From NCBI GenBank assembly GCA_963742135.1, contig CAVUKP010000012.1, positions 4,398-68,397 of the forward strand: DNA of 64,000 bases, given 5' to 3'. Position 1 is the first letter of the stretch; every line of letters begins with the position of its first letter. Shown here piece by piece: positions 18,227 to 26,795 of this stretch. The DNA is from an uncultured Thermoleophilia bacterium (GTDB lineage Bacteria > Actinomycetota > Thermoleophilia > Gaiellales > Gaiellaceae). Both the position numbers and the translations under genes were made by a program. The notes under the pieces are model-generated. The model was not told where the DNA came from. It was given only the letters and a program-made list of their open reading frames with translations, and made no database searches.

Positions 18227-18348
18227 ATGATCACGGAGTTTCGGCGGCCGCCGTCCGTGAATCTGCGGATCTGCGGGGGGCGACCCTCTCTCGCGGCCGC
18301 GTGGGTCGAGCCGCAGGACACGGAGGCGCCGTCGGTAGAGTCAGCCGG

Positions 18349-18576
18349 ATGGCGACCGTCCGCATCCTCTACTGCCCTGTCTGAAGCGGCTACGACCGGC
18401 GGGCCGCGAGTCTCGCGGCCGAGTTGAACGTGAGCGGGCATTCGGCCGAGATCGTGGAAGGCGAGAAGAGCCAATTCGACGTGCTCTCCGACGGCGACCT
18501 CGTCTTCTCGAAGCAGCGGGAGGGACGGTTCCCCGAGCCTCACGAGGTCCTCGCCGCCCTCGGCGAGGCGTCGTGA
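18349..18576 (+). CDS. SelW/Rdx-family selenoprotein candidate (75 aa, Sec encoded by TGA at 18382..18384)
   Basis: My translation is MATVRILYCPV-U-SGYDRRAASLAAELNVSGHSAEIVEGEKSQFDVLSDGDLVFSKQREGRFPEPHEVLAALGEAS. It has a CxxU motif after beta-1 and the family signature FxV...G.LVFSK...GRFPE. The reading frame stays open 64 codons past the TGA. It ends in a GTGA overlap with the next gene. Confidence 0.75.
18402..18420 (+). promoter_or_regulatory. SECIS-like hairpin downstream of the in-frame UGA
   Basis: GGCCGCG-AGUCU-CGCGGCC, a 7-bp stem whose apical loop contains GU. The stem begins 17 nt after the UGA. Confidence 0.5.
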
Positions 18577-19085
18577 GCGGAGGCCCGGCGACCCGTCGCC
18601 CACTGCGCCGGCTCGGCGTGCTGCTCCTCCCGCTCTTCGCGCTCTCCGCCGCATCGTGCGGCGGCGACGGAGGCGGCGGCACGACGGCCGCCAAGGAGCG
18701 GCCCCGGCTGACCCAGGCGCAGCTCGTCGAGCAGGCGAATCAGGTATGCATCCGCTCCGACCGGCGCATCTATCGGATCGGCAGCCTCGGCCGCGATCCG
18801 CTCCCGTGGCGCAAGACGCGTGACGCAGCGTCGACGGCGATCGCGGAGATGAAGACGCTGCGGCCTCCGGCGGCGAAGGAGAAGCAGTTCGATCAGCTCG
18901 TAGCGGCCGGGCAGCGTCTCCGCACCGCGATCGCACAGGTGCACGACGCGCTCGTCGCGAAGACGTTCGACAAGGCGCGCGAGGCGCAGGGGGACGCCGT
19001 CCGCGAGGACGCCACGATCAAGCGGCTCGCGCGCTCTCTCGGCCTCACGTTCTGCGAGCAGCTGCTGACGAACTGGCCCGCGTGA
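18573..19085 (+). CDS. hypothetical lipoprotein
   Basis: 170 aa. Lipobox LSAASC. The GTG start overlaps the upstream stop (GTGA). Confidence 0.6.
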   Translation: MSGGPATRRPLRRLGVLLLPLFALSAASCGGDGGGGTTAAKERPRLTQAQLVEQANQVCIRSDRRIYRIGSLGRDPLPWRKTRDAASTAIAEMKTLRPPAAKEKQFDQLVAAGQRLRTAIAQVHDALVAKTFDKAREAQGDAVREDATIKRLARSLGLTFCEQLLTNWPA

Positions 19086-19109
19086 CGCCGTCGGTCGCGG
19101 CTCGCTTCG

Positions 19110-20489
19110 TCAGGCGCCGTCGGAGCGCGACGGCGTAGGACGCACCGGGACGTCTGCCGAGAGCGACGGCCAACGCTCCGTCAGGAGGAGCAGGAAGGCG
19201 TAGGTCTGGGCGTTGTAGCGGACTGCGTACGCGCCGAGGTCGCGAAAGCCGCGCGGGAAGCGGCCGATCGCGACGGCCACGAACCATCCGAGGAACGCGA
19301 CGACCTGAAGGACGACCGACAGGACGTACGCGAAGATGTACGGCGGGATCGCGAGGATCGGCCGCAGGAGCGTCTTCCACCGCGTCTGCGGCGCGGGCGG
19401 GGCGACGACGAGGTCGACCGGATAGGTCCCACGCCAACCCCGGAATCGCGGGTAGGGCTCCGCGAGCAGGAACTGGTACGCGTTCACGTGCACCCAGTAG
19501 CGGAGGAACCGCTCGTTCCACGCGTGGAGCCCGGGCGGCGTCTGGCCCTTCACGAGGGTGACGACCCAGTTCACGATCGCGACGAACAGCGCGACAACGG
19601 CCCACAACAGGAGGACGAGCACGTGCGGAAGGACGAGCAGCGCACGAAGCGCCGCCGTCAGCCGCCACCTGCGGAGGTCGTCGTTCACGAGCAGCGTCAC
19701 CGGGTGGGCCCGCTCGACCGGCGCGCCCGAGAACGCCGGCTCGCGCTTCTCGAGGAACGCGCCCGTGCCCTCGAAGAAGTCGTGCGTCCGCGTCAGCTCC
19801 GCCTGCGTCGCCGCCTCGCGCTCGAGCTGGTCCTCGAACGTCGAGGTCTCGGCGGCGTCGAGCAGCCGCTTCGTCTCCCACACCGCGCGCGTCGGCATCG
19901 CGGCGAACAGCTCCGCCACCTCATGCGCACGCGCGTGCAGCTCGTCCGCCGCGACGACCTCCGACACGAGACCCCAGGCACGCGCCTCCTCTGCCGACAA
20001 TCGCCGTCCGGTCGTGAGCCATTCGAACGCGCGCGCCGAGCCGAGCAGGCGGCGAGCGAGCCACGTGCCGCCCGAGTCCGGGACCAGGCCGATGTTGATG
20101 AACGCAGGTACGAGCGTCGCCGAGTCCGACGCGATGCGGATGTCGCACGCGAGAGCGAGCGAGAGCCCTGCGCCGGCGGCGGGGCCGTTCACGGCGGCGA
20201 TCACCGGCTTCTGGAGCGCCCGGATCGCGAGCACCGTCGGGTGGTAGTTCTCTCGCAGGTTTCCCGCGACGTCGTGCGCGCCGCCGCGGAACTCCTGCAG
20301 GTCCTGCCCGACGCAGAAGCCTCGACCCGCTCCGGTGATCACGACGGCGCGAACGGCAGGATCCTTCGCCTCGGCGAGGGCCGCCTGGACCCCCGCGTGC
20401 ACGGCGCGCGTCAGCGCGTTCAGGACTTCGGGCCGGTTGAGCGTGATCGTGAGAATCGCGCCCTCGCGGGAGACGTCGACCTCGGCCAC
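19110..20489 (-). CDS. enoyl-CoA hydratase/isomerase (PaaG-like crotonase) fused to two DUF4389 membrane repeats
   Basis: ORF 19110..20573, with the likely GTG start at 20489. The crotonase part is ITLNRPEVLNAL...ITGAGRGFCVGQDL...FLEKREPAFSG. It continues in frame into HPVTLLV...RALLVLPHVLV...YPRF and YPVDLVV...RPILAIPPYIF...RWPSL. Confidence 0.75.
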   Translation of the reverse strand: MAEVDVSREGAILTITLNRPEVLNALTRAVHAGVQAALAEAKDPAVRAVVITGAGRGFCVGQDLQEFRGGAHDVAGNLRENYHPTVLAIRALQKPVIAAVNGPAAGAGLSLALACDIRIASDSATLVPAFINIGLVPDSGGTWLARRLLGSARAFEWLTTGRRLSAEEARAWGLVSEVVAADELHARAHEVAELFAAMPTRAVWETKRLLDAAETSTFEDQLEREAATQAELTRTHDFFEGTGAFLEKREPAFSGAPVERAHPVTLLVNDDLRRWRLTAALRALLVLPHVLVLLLWAVVALFVAIVNWVVTLVKGQTPPGLHAWNERFLRYWVHVNAYQFLLAEPYPRFRGWRGTYPVDLVVAPPAPQTRWKTLLRPILAIPPYIFAYVLSVVLQVVAFLGWFVAVAIGRFPRGFRDLGAYAVRYNAQTYAFLLLLTERWPSLSADVPVRPTPSRSDGA

Positions 20490-20504
20490 GACGCAGACAC
20501 TAAC

Positions 20505-20521
20505 CCGAGGGCTACCCTCGG
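20505..20521. promoter_or_regulatory. perfect 7-3-7 palindrome CCGAGGG-CTA-CCCTCGG in a 35-nt divergent region
   Basis: It lies between the crotonase start (20489) and the HtrA-like ATG (20525), and overlaps a TACCCT -10-like hexamer 6 nt upstream of that ATG. Confidence 0.3.
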
Positions 20522-20524
20522 TCC

Positions 20525-21453
20525 ATGGCGGACACGGTTCTCGCGGTCGACGAGGGCGAGGCGCTCGACGCATACTCGCGGGCGGTGATCGCCGTCAGCG
20601 AGCGGCTCGCGCCGTCGGTGGCGAACCTGCGCAGCCGCGGCGGCGGAGGCAGCGGCGTCGTCGTCAGCGGCGACGGCTTCATCGTCACGTCCGCGCATGT
20701 CGTCGAGCACACGCGGCGGGTTCGCGCCTCGTTCGTCGACGGCACCGAGCACCGCGCCGACGTCGTCGGCGTCGATCCGCTCTCCGACCTCGCCGTTCTG
20801 CGCGCCGAGAGCGGCGGGCTGCGGCGGCAGAGCTCGGCGACGCAACCTGCTTGCGCGTCGGCCAGCTCGTCGTCGCGATCGGCAACCCGCACGGGTTCAA
20901 CTCGTCGGTCACCGCGGGCGTCGTCTCGGCTCTCGGGCGGTCGCTCCCGACACGCGCCGGCCGGATCGTCGACAACGTCATCCAGACGGACGCGGCGCTC
21001 AATCCCGGCAACTCGGGCGGCGCGCTCGCCGACGGTCGCGGCCGCGTCGTGGGGATCAACACGGCCGTCGCCGGCGTCGGGCTGGGGCTCGCGGTACCGG
21101 TCAACGACTCCACGCGGGCGATCGTCGGGGCGCTGATGCGCGACGGGCGCTTCCGGCGCGCCTACCTCGGCATCGCCGGCGACGCGCGTCCGCTTCCGCC
21201 GCGGCTCGCGCGCGACCTCGGGCGGCGATCGGGCGTCGAGGTCGTCGAGGTCGTCGCAGGGTCGCCGGCGGCCGAAGCGGGCCTGCGGCCGGAGGACCTG
21301 ATCGTGGCCGTCGACGGCGTGCCGGTCGCGGGGGTCGACGACGTGCAGCGGCTGATGGTCGGCGACCGGATCGGCGCGACGGTCGACCTCGAGGTCGTAC
21401 GCGGCGGGCGCCCCCTCCGCCTCGTGCTCGTGCCGGTCGAGCTCGAGCTGTAG
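20525..21453 (+). pseudogene. HtrA/DegP-like trypsin-fold serine protease with PDZ domain, single -1 frame change near 20810-20830
   Basis: The His (TSAHVV) and Asp (DLAVL) residues are in frame 20525. The Ser (GNSGGAL) and the PDZ domain (VVEVVAGSPAAEAGL) are in the frame of ORF 20335..21453. The total length of 929 nt is not a multiple of 3. Confidence 0.75.
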
Positions 21454-21556
21454 GCGCCGCGGTCGCCCGGCGCCCGCGCGCGGCGGCCGTGGCACGAGGG
21501 CGCGCCCAGGTGTGCCGACAGGTGTCCCGAACGGCGGTGTCCGCGCGTGCCGTGCC

Positions 21557-21583
21557 CCGGTGCCAGGCACGGTGACGGAAGTG
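21557..21583 (+). repeat. direct repeat copy 1 with palindromic core (CCGGTGCCAGGCACGGTGACGGAAGTG)
   Basis: It matches 21645..21671 at 24 of 27 positions, and lies upstream of the crotonase gene at 21711. Confidence 0.4.
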
Positions 21584-21644
21584 CAACGAGCGGCGTGACG
21601 GGAGCGTGACCTCCCTGCAGAGCCGCAGGACGGAACAGCCACGT

Positions 21645-21671
21645 CCGGTGCCAGGCACCGTGACAGAAGCG
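21645..21671 (+). repeat. direct repeat copy 2 (CCGGTGCCAGGCACCGTGACAGAAGCG); core GGTGCC-A-GGCACC is a perfect palindrome
   Basis: It lies 40 nt upstream of the ATG at 21711. A third GTCACGGAAGT-like half site follows at about 21681. Confidence 0.4.
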
Positions 21672-21710
21672 TCACGCGGGTGTCACGGAAGTCTGTCTAG
21701 AGTCCGCGCG

Positions 21711-22505
21711 ATGGAGCAGCGGTACGCGGCGTTTCCGAGCCTCGAACTCGACCGGCCCTCGCCCCACGTGCTGCGGCTCACGCTACGGACGCCGGGGAGG
21801 CTGAACGCCGTCGGGTCGGAGATGCACGGCGAGCTCGCCGCGGTGTGGCGCGAGATGGGTGACGACGACGAGACACGGGCGGTCCTCGTCCGCGGCGCTG
21901 ACGGCGCCTTCAGCGCCGGCGGAGACCTCGACCTCGTATTGGAGATCGCGCAGGACCACGAGACACGGCTCCGCGTCTTCCGCGAGGCGCGCGACCTCGT
22001 ATACAACATCGTCAACTGCCCGAAGCCGATCGTGTCGGCAATCGCAGGCCACGCCGTCGGCGCGGGACTGGCGGTCGCGTTGCTCGCCGACATCTCGATC
22101 GCGGCGCCGAGCGCGCGGATCGTCGACGGTCACACGAGGCTCGGCGTCGCAGCCGGCGATCACGCGGCGATCGTGTGGCCGCTCCTGTGCGGTCTCGCGA
22201 AGGCGAAGTACCACCTCCTCCTCTGCGAGCCGGTCGACGGCGCCGAGGCGGAGCGGATCGGGCTCGTGTCGCTGTGCGTTCCCGACGAGGAGCTCGAGCA
22301 ACGCGCGCTCGCGATCGCGCAGCGGCTCGCCGAGGGGTCGCAGCCGGCGATCCGGCACACGAAGCTCGCGCTCAACAACTGGCTTCTCGCCGCAGGCCCG
22401 ACGTTCGACGCTTCGCTCGCGCTCGAGTTCCTGCACATGACCGGGCCCGACGTCCACGAGGGCGTCGCGGCCGTGCGCGAGCGGCGGCCGCCGAGCTTCG
22501 GCTAA
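21711..22505 (+). CDS. enoyl-CoA hydratase/isomerase family protein
   Basis: ORF 21606..22505, with the internal ATG at 21711 as start. Crotonase motifs: LNAV...[31 protein letters not shown]. Confidence 0.85.
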   Translation: MEQRYAAFPSLELDRPSPHVLRLTLRTPGRLNAVGSEMHGELAAVWREMGDDDETRAVLVRGADGAFSAGGDLDLVLEIAQDHETRLRVFREARDLVYNIVNCPKPIVSAIAGHAVGAGLAVALLADISIAAPSARIVDGHTRLGVAAGDHAAIVWPLLCGLAKAKYHLLLCEPVDGAEAERIGLVSLCVPDEELEQRALAIAQRLAEGSQPAIRHTKLALNNWLLAAGPTFDASLALEFLHMTGPDVHEGVAAVRERRPPSFG

Positions 22506-22780
22506 CCGATCTCGGCGAAGAGCACCTCGAAGCGGCCGCCCATCTCCATCGCGTCCTTCCCGGTCGCCATGAACTCGGGCGAGCGCGCCGCATTCTTGAA
22601 GGCGTCGCGGTCGGGGAACTCCCACTCGGCGTAGTAGCGGAAGCGCGGCTCGCCCGTCGGCGCGCCGAAGACCTTGCCGTGCCGGAACGTCCCGCCGGGC
22701 ACCTTGCGGCATAGCTCCACGTGCCGGTCGTACCGCTGCGGGTCCGGCTCCTCGTCGTACAGTACGAGCGCTCTGACCAT
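22502..22780 (-). CDS. EthD-family protein
   Basis: 92 aa ([24 protein letters not shown]...[14 protein letters not shown]). Confidence 0.6.
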   Translation of the reverse strand: MVRALVLYDEEPDPQRYDRHVELCRKVPGGTFRHGKVFGAPTGEPRFRYYAEWEFPDRDAFKNAARSPEFMATGKDAMEMGGRFEVLFAEIG

Positions 22781-22810
22781 CGTCCCCTTCCGTCGACCGC
22801 AGGAGCCTAC

Positions 22811-23251
22811 GTGACCACAGCCGCGGTCGTGATGACCGTCGTCGCGGGTCTCGCAGGCTCGGTGCAGGTAGCGGTTATGGGGCGGTTCGGGGAGCGGATC
22901 GGCGTCATCGAGGCACTGACGTTCGCGACCGCGATTCAGCTCGCGCTGGCGGCCACGATCCTCGTCGTCGCGCGGTCGGGCGTCGGTGGGCTCGGCGACG
23001 CATTCCGGTCACCGCTCTGGATGTGGCTCGGCGGGGCGATGGGTCTCACGGTCGTCTTCACGATCACGTTCGCGCAGCCCCGCATCGGCGCCACCGCGAC
23101 GATCGGGATCCTGATCGCCGGCCAGCTCGTGATGGGTGCGGTGATCGACCGGTTCGGCCTGTTCGGCGTCACGCAGTACGCGATCTCGTGGCCCCGCGCG
23201 CTCGGCATTCTCCTGCTCGGCGTCGGCGCGGCGCTGTCGCTGGTTCGCTGA
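22811..23251 (+). CDS. DMT-superfamily small membrane protein (DUF606-like)
   Basis: ORF 22721..23251. The GTG at 22811 is preceded by AGGAG. About 5 TM segments. Confidence 0.6.
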   Translation: MTTAAVVMTVVAGLAGSVQVAVMGRFGERIGVIEALTFATAIQLALAATILVVARSGVGGLGDAFRSPLWMWLGGAMGLTVVFTITFAQPRIGATATIGILIAGQLVMGAVIDRFGLFGVTQYAISWPRALGILLLGVGAALSLVR

Positions 23252-23254
23252 CGC

Positions 23255-24139
23255 TTGAGCCACCGCGCGAAGGTGTGGACCGCGCTCTGGGCGGTCTACT
23301 TGATCTGGGGCTCGACGTATCTCGCGATCGCGATCACCGGCGACACGCTACCGCCGCTCTTCGCCGTCTCGACGCGGTTCGTCGCCGCCGGCGCGATCAT
23401 GGCCGGCATCGTCCTGTGGCGCGGCGGGACCATGCGCGTGGGGCGTCGCGAGGTCGCCGCGTGTGTCCTCATCGGCTGCCTGCTGCCGGGCGCGAACGCG
23501 GTGCTCTTCTTCGCAGAGCGCGACGTCCCGACGGGGCTCGCGTCGCTCATCATCGCGTCGGTGCCGCTGTGGGTCGTCGTGCTCCGACTCGCGCTGCGCG
23601 ACCGCATCCCGACCCTCGCGCTCGTCGGAGTCGGGATCGGCTTCGCGGGCGTCGCGGTGCTGGCGCGGCCGTCGGGCGGAGCGACCACGGCAGGGATCGC
23701 GCTGTGCGTGCTGTCGGCCGTGATGTGGTCGGTCGGCTCGGTCTTCTCCTCACGCCTGCCGCTGCCGCCAGACCCGTTCGCGGCGACCGCGTACGAGATG
23801 CTCGCGGGCGGGCTCGTGATGCTGCCTCTCGGCGTATTGACGGTCGACTCGCTCGACCCGTCGACCGCGTCGATCCTCGCCTGGATCTACCTCGTGACCT
23901 TCGGCTCGGTCGTCGGGTACACGGCTTACGTCTGGCTGCTCGCGCATGCGCCGCTCGGCACCGTCTCGACGTACGCGTACGTGAACCCGGTCGTCGCGAT
24001 CGCGCTCGGGGTCCTCTTCCGCGACGAGCACCTGACGACGCAGATCGTGATCGGCGCCGCGATCGTCGTCGTCGCGGTCGCGATCGTCGTGCGGCAGGAG
24101 CCGCCGGCCGCAACGCAGCCCGAGGAGGGCGTGCGGTAG
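23255..24139 (+). CDS. EamA/DMT family transporter
   Basis: 294 aa with two EamA repeats and 10 predicted hydrophobic segments. Confidence 0.8.
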   Translation: MSHRAKVWTALWAVYLIWGSTYLAIAITGDTLPPLFAVSTRFVAAGAIMAGIVLWRGGTMRVGRREVAACVLIGCLLPGANAVLFFAERDVPTGLASLIIASVPLWVVVLRLALRDRIPTLALVGVGIGFAGVAVLARPSGGATTAGIALCVLSAVMWSVGSVFSSRLPLPPDPFAATAYEMLAGGLVMLPLGVLTVDSLDPSTASILAWIYLVTFGSVVGYTAYVWLLAHAPLGTVSTYAYVNPVVAIALGVLFRDEHLTTQIVIGAAIVVVAVAIVVRQEPPAATQPEEGVR

Positions 24140-24149
24140 CGTCCGGCGC

Positions 24150-24422
24150 GTGGAGCTCGTCGTCGGCCGCGTCCTGAACGTCTCCGACCATCCGGGCGCG
24201 CGCGCGCCGTCGTTCCTCCTCGAGCTCGACCTCGGCGGCCAGGGCCGCCGCGAGGCGCAGATGGAGCCGGGCTCCTACTCGAAGGACGAGCTCGTCGGGC
24301 GACAGGTCGTGGTCTCGATCTCCGCCGACGCGCCGATCGTCCTCGCCGCACGGTCGCACGGCGGCGGGCCGATCCTGCTCCGTCCCGACCGGGACGTCGA
24401 GGACGGCACGATCGTCGCCTGA
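24150..24422 (+). CDS. tRNA-binding (EMAP/CsaA-like) domain protein
   Basis: 90 aa (VVGRVLNVSDHPGARAPSFLLELDLG...ELVGRQVV). Confidence 0.6.
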   Translation: MELVVGRVLNVSDHPGARAPSFLLELDLGGQGRREAQMEPGSYSKDELVGRQVVVSISADAPIVLAARSHGGGPILLRPDRDVEDGTIVA

Positions 24423-24428
24423 CGTGAG

Positions 24429-26672
24429 TCAGCGAAGCTGGAGCCCGACGATGTCGTCGGGCCGGATCGGGATGCGCGTCAGCTCGCGCCCGGTCGCCGC
24501 GCGCACGGCCGCAGCGACCGCTGCCGACGACACGACCGTCGGCGGCTCGCCGACGCCCTTCACGCCGTACGGCGCATCGGGCTGCGGATCCTCGATCAAC
24601 ACCGACTCGACCGGCGGCATGTCGAGCGCCGTCGGGATGAGGTAGTCGGTGAAGCTCGCGTTCGTGATCAGGCCGTTGCGCGTCTGGATCTCCTCCATGA
24701 GCGCGAGCCCGAGCCCCTGCGCCGCCCCGCCCTCGATCTGGCCCTCGACCTGCTGCGGGTTCACGGCCGTCCCGACCTCCTGCGCCGCGCCGATCCAGAC
24801 GACGCGAGTGAGACCGAGCTCGACGTCGACCTCGGCCACGACGCGCATCGCGCAGCAGGCGAAGGCGACGTGCGCACGGTCCCCCGTGAGCTGCCCGGTC
24901 AGCGGGTCGAGCGGCGTCGTGCGGGGGTGGCGGTAGATCCGCTCGACGTCGACCTCGCTCGCGTCGCCGCGGCGCTTCCGCTCCTCGAGCGCGGCGAGGC
25001 ACGCGTCGCGAACCGCGCCCGCGGCCATCCACGTCATCCGCGATGCGGAAGCCGATCCGGCGGAGTCGACGCTCGCAGTCGTGTGCGGCGCGAGCCGGAC
25101 GTCGTCGATCCCGAGCTCCGTGCGCGCGACCTGGAGGATCACGCCGGTCACCCCCTGGCCGACCTCGGCGGCCGCGCAGTGCACCTCCGCCGTCCCGTCC
25201 TCGAGCAGCCGCACGCGCGCGGCCGTGTAGTCGTCGAAGCCCTCGGAGTAGCAGATGTTCTTGAAGCCGAGGGCGAAGCCCGTGCCACGGTGGACGCCCT
25301 CGCCGCGCGTCGTGTTGCCTGCCCCGCCCGGGAGCCGCAGCGGATCCCGCGGCAGCTCCTCCGGCGGCGGCGGCTCGAGCGCCGCGGCCGCACGAATCGT
25401 CTCGACGACCGGGAGCGAGCCGTCGATCTGCTGGCCGGTCGGGAGCACGTCGCCCGGCTTCAGCGCGTTCAGGAGCCGGAGCTCGATCGGATCGATGTCG
25501 AGCGCCGCCGCGAGCTTGTCCATCTGCGCCTCGGCGGCGAAGCAGGTCTGCACCGCGCCGAACCCGCGCATCGCGCCGCACGGCGGGTTGTTCGTGTACA
25601 CGGCCGTCGACTCGATCAGCGCGTTCGGGACCTCGTAGGGCCCGCAGGCGAACGATGCCGCGTTCGAGCAGACGGCGGTCGACGAGGAGGCGTAGGCCCC
25701 GCCGTCGAGCAGGATGCGGAAGCGGATGTTCACGAGCCTGCCCTCCCGCGTCGCGCGGTGCTCGACCCACATGCGCGCCGGGTGCCGGTGGACGTGGCCC
25801 GTGAACGACTCCTCCCGGTCGTACACGATCTTGACCGGCCGGCTCGTGTGCAGCGCGAGCAGGGCGCCGTGGATCTGCATCGACAGATCCTCGCGACCGC
25901 CGAACGCGCCGCCGACACCCGCGAGATGGATCCGCACCTGGTCGAGCGGAAGGTCGAGGCACGGCGCGACCTGCTGGCGATCGACGTGCAGCCACTGGGT
26001 CGCGACGTAGATGTCGACACCGCCTTCCCCGTCGGGGACCGCGAGCCCGGACTCGGGGCCGAGGAACGCCTGGTCCTGGATGCCGACCTCGTAGTAGCCG
26101 CTGACGGACGCGTCGCCCTCGGCGTCGGGATCACCGTGGCGGATCACCATGTGGCGGACGACGTTCGGGCGCGGGTCGTCGAAGTAGCCGTGCCCGCGGG
26201 TGGGGCTCTCGTCGTGGAGGGGCGGCTGCTCCGTCGCCCGCTCCATGTCGGTGACCGGCTCGAGCGGCGCGTACTCGACACGGATCCGCTCGGCTGCGCG
26301 ACGCGCCTGCTCTGGATGCTCGGCGGCGACGATCGCGACCGGCTCGCCGAAGTAGCGAACGCGGTCGATCGCGAGCACCGGCTGGTCGGGGAACTCGAGG
26401 CCGTAGGTCTTCTGGCCCGGGACGTCGTCGTGGGTGAGAACCGCGTGGACTCCAGGCATTGTCACCGCGTCGGTGATGTCGATCGAGACGATGCGCGCGT
26501 GAGCGTGCGGGCTCCGCAGCGTGTGTCCCCACAGCATCCCGGGCGCGGCAAGGTCGGAGGAGTAGGCGAACTCGCCCTTGACCTTCGGCGGCGCGTCGAG
26601 CCGCGCCACGCGCTCACCGACGCGCCCGCGCTCGAGCGGGCGGGTCGGCGCGACCGGCCGGGCAACCGTCAT
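24429..26672 (-). CDS. xanthine dehydrogenase / aldehyde oxidase family, molybdopterin-binding large subunit
   Basis: ORF 24429..26987, with the ATG at 26672 preceded by GGAGG. 747 aa. It begins VKGEFAYSSDL and carries GGAFGGRED and the C-terminal GVGEPP motif. Confidence 0.9.
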   Translation of the reverse strand: MTVARPVAPTRPLERGRVGERVARLDAPPKVKGEFAYSSDLAAPGMLWGHTLRSPHAHARIVSIDITDAVTMPGVHAVLTHDDVPGQKTYGLEFPDQPVLAIDRVRYFGEPVAIVAAEHPEQARRAAERIRVEYAPLEPVTDMERATEQPPLHDESPTRGHGYFDDPRPNVVRHMVIRHGDPDAEGDASVSGYYEVGIQDQAFLGPESGLAVPDGEGGVDIYVATQWLHVDRQQVAPCLDLPLDQVRIHLAGVGGAFGGREDLSMQIHGALLALHTSRPVKIVYDREESFTGHVHRHPARMWVEHRATREGRLVNIRFRILLDGGAYASSSTAVCSNAASFACGPYEVPNALIESTAVYTNNPPCGAMRGFGAVQTCFAAEAQMDKLAAALDIDPIELRLLNALKPGDVLPTGQQIDGSLPVVETIRAAAALEPPPPEELPRDPLRLPGGAGNTTRGEGVHRGTGFALGFKNICYSEGFDDYTAARVRLLEDGTAEVHCAAAEVGQGVTGVILQVARTELGIDDVRLAPHTTASVDSAGSASASRMTWMAAGAVRDACLAALEERKRRGDASEVDVERIYRHPRTTPLDPLTGQLTGDRAHVAFACCAMRVVAEVDVELGLTRVVWIGAAQEVGTAVNPQQVEGQIEGGAAQGLGLALMEEIQTRNGLITNASFTDYLIPTALDMPPVESVLIEDPQPDAPYGVKGVGEPPTVVSSAAVAAAVRAATGRELTRIPIRPDDIVGLQLR

Positions 26673-26795
26673 GCGGCCGCCTCCAGGCGCGTGAGGGGCT
26701 CGAACGCGATCGCCGCCTCGCAAACCGTCGGCCGCCAAGTGCACGGGGAGTGGCCCGTCCCGCGGCTGCGACCGCCGCGCGGACTCCGTGTACAG

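Noticed and set aside
21557-21583. TGGCAC on the reverse strand of the GGTGCCAGGCAC repeat, as a possible sigma-54 -24 element.
   Set aside because: - No TTGC -12 element lies at the required spacing.
- Sigma-54 promoters are not expected in this kind of actinobacterial genome.
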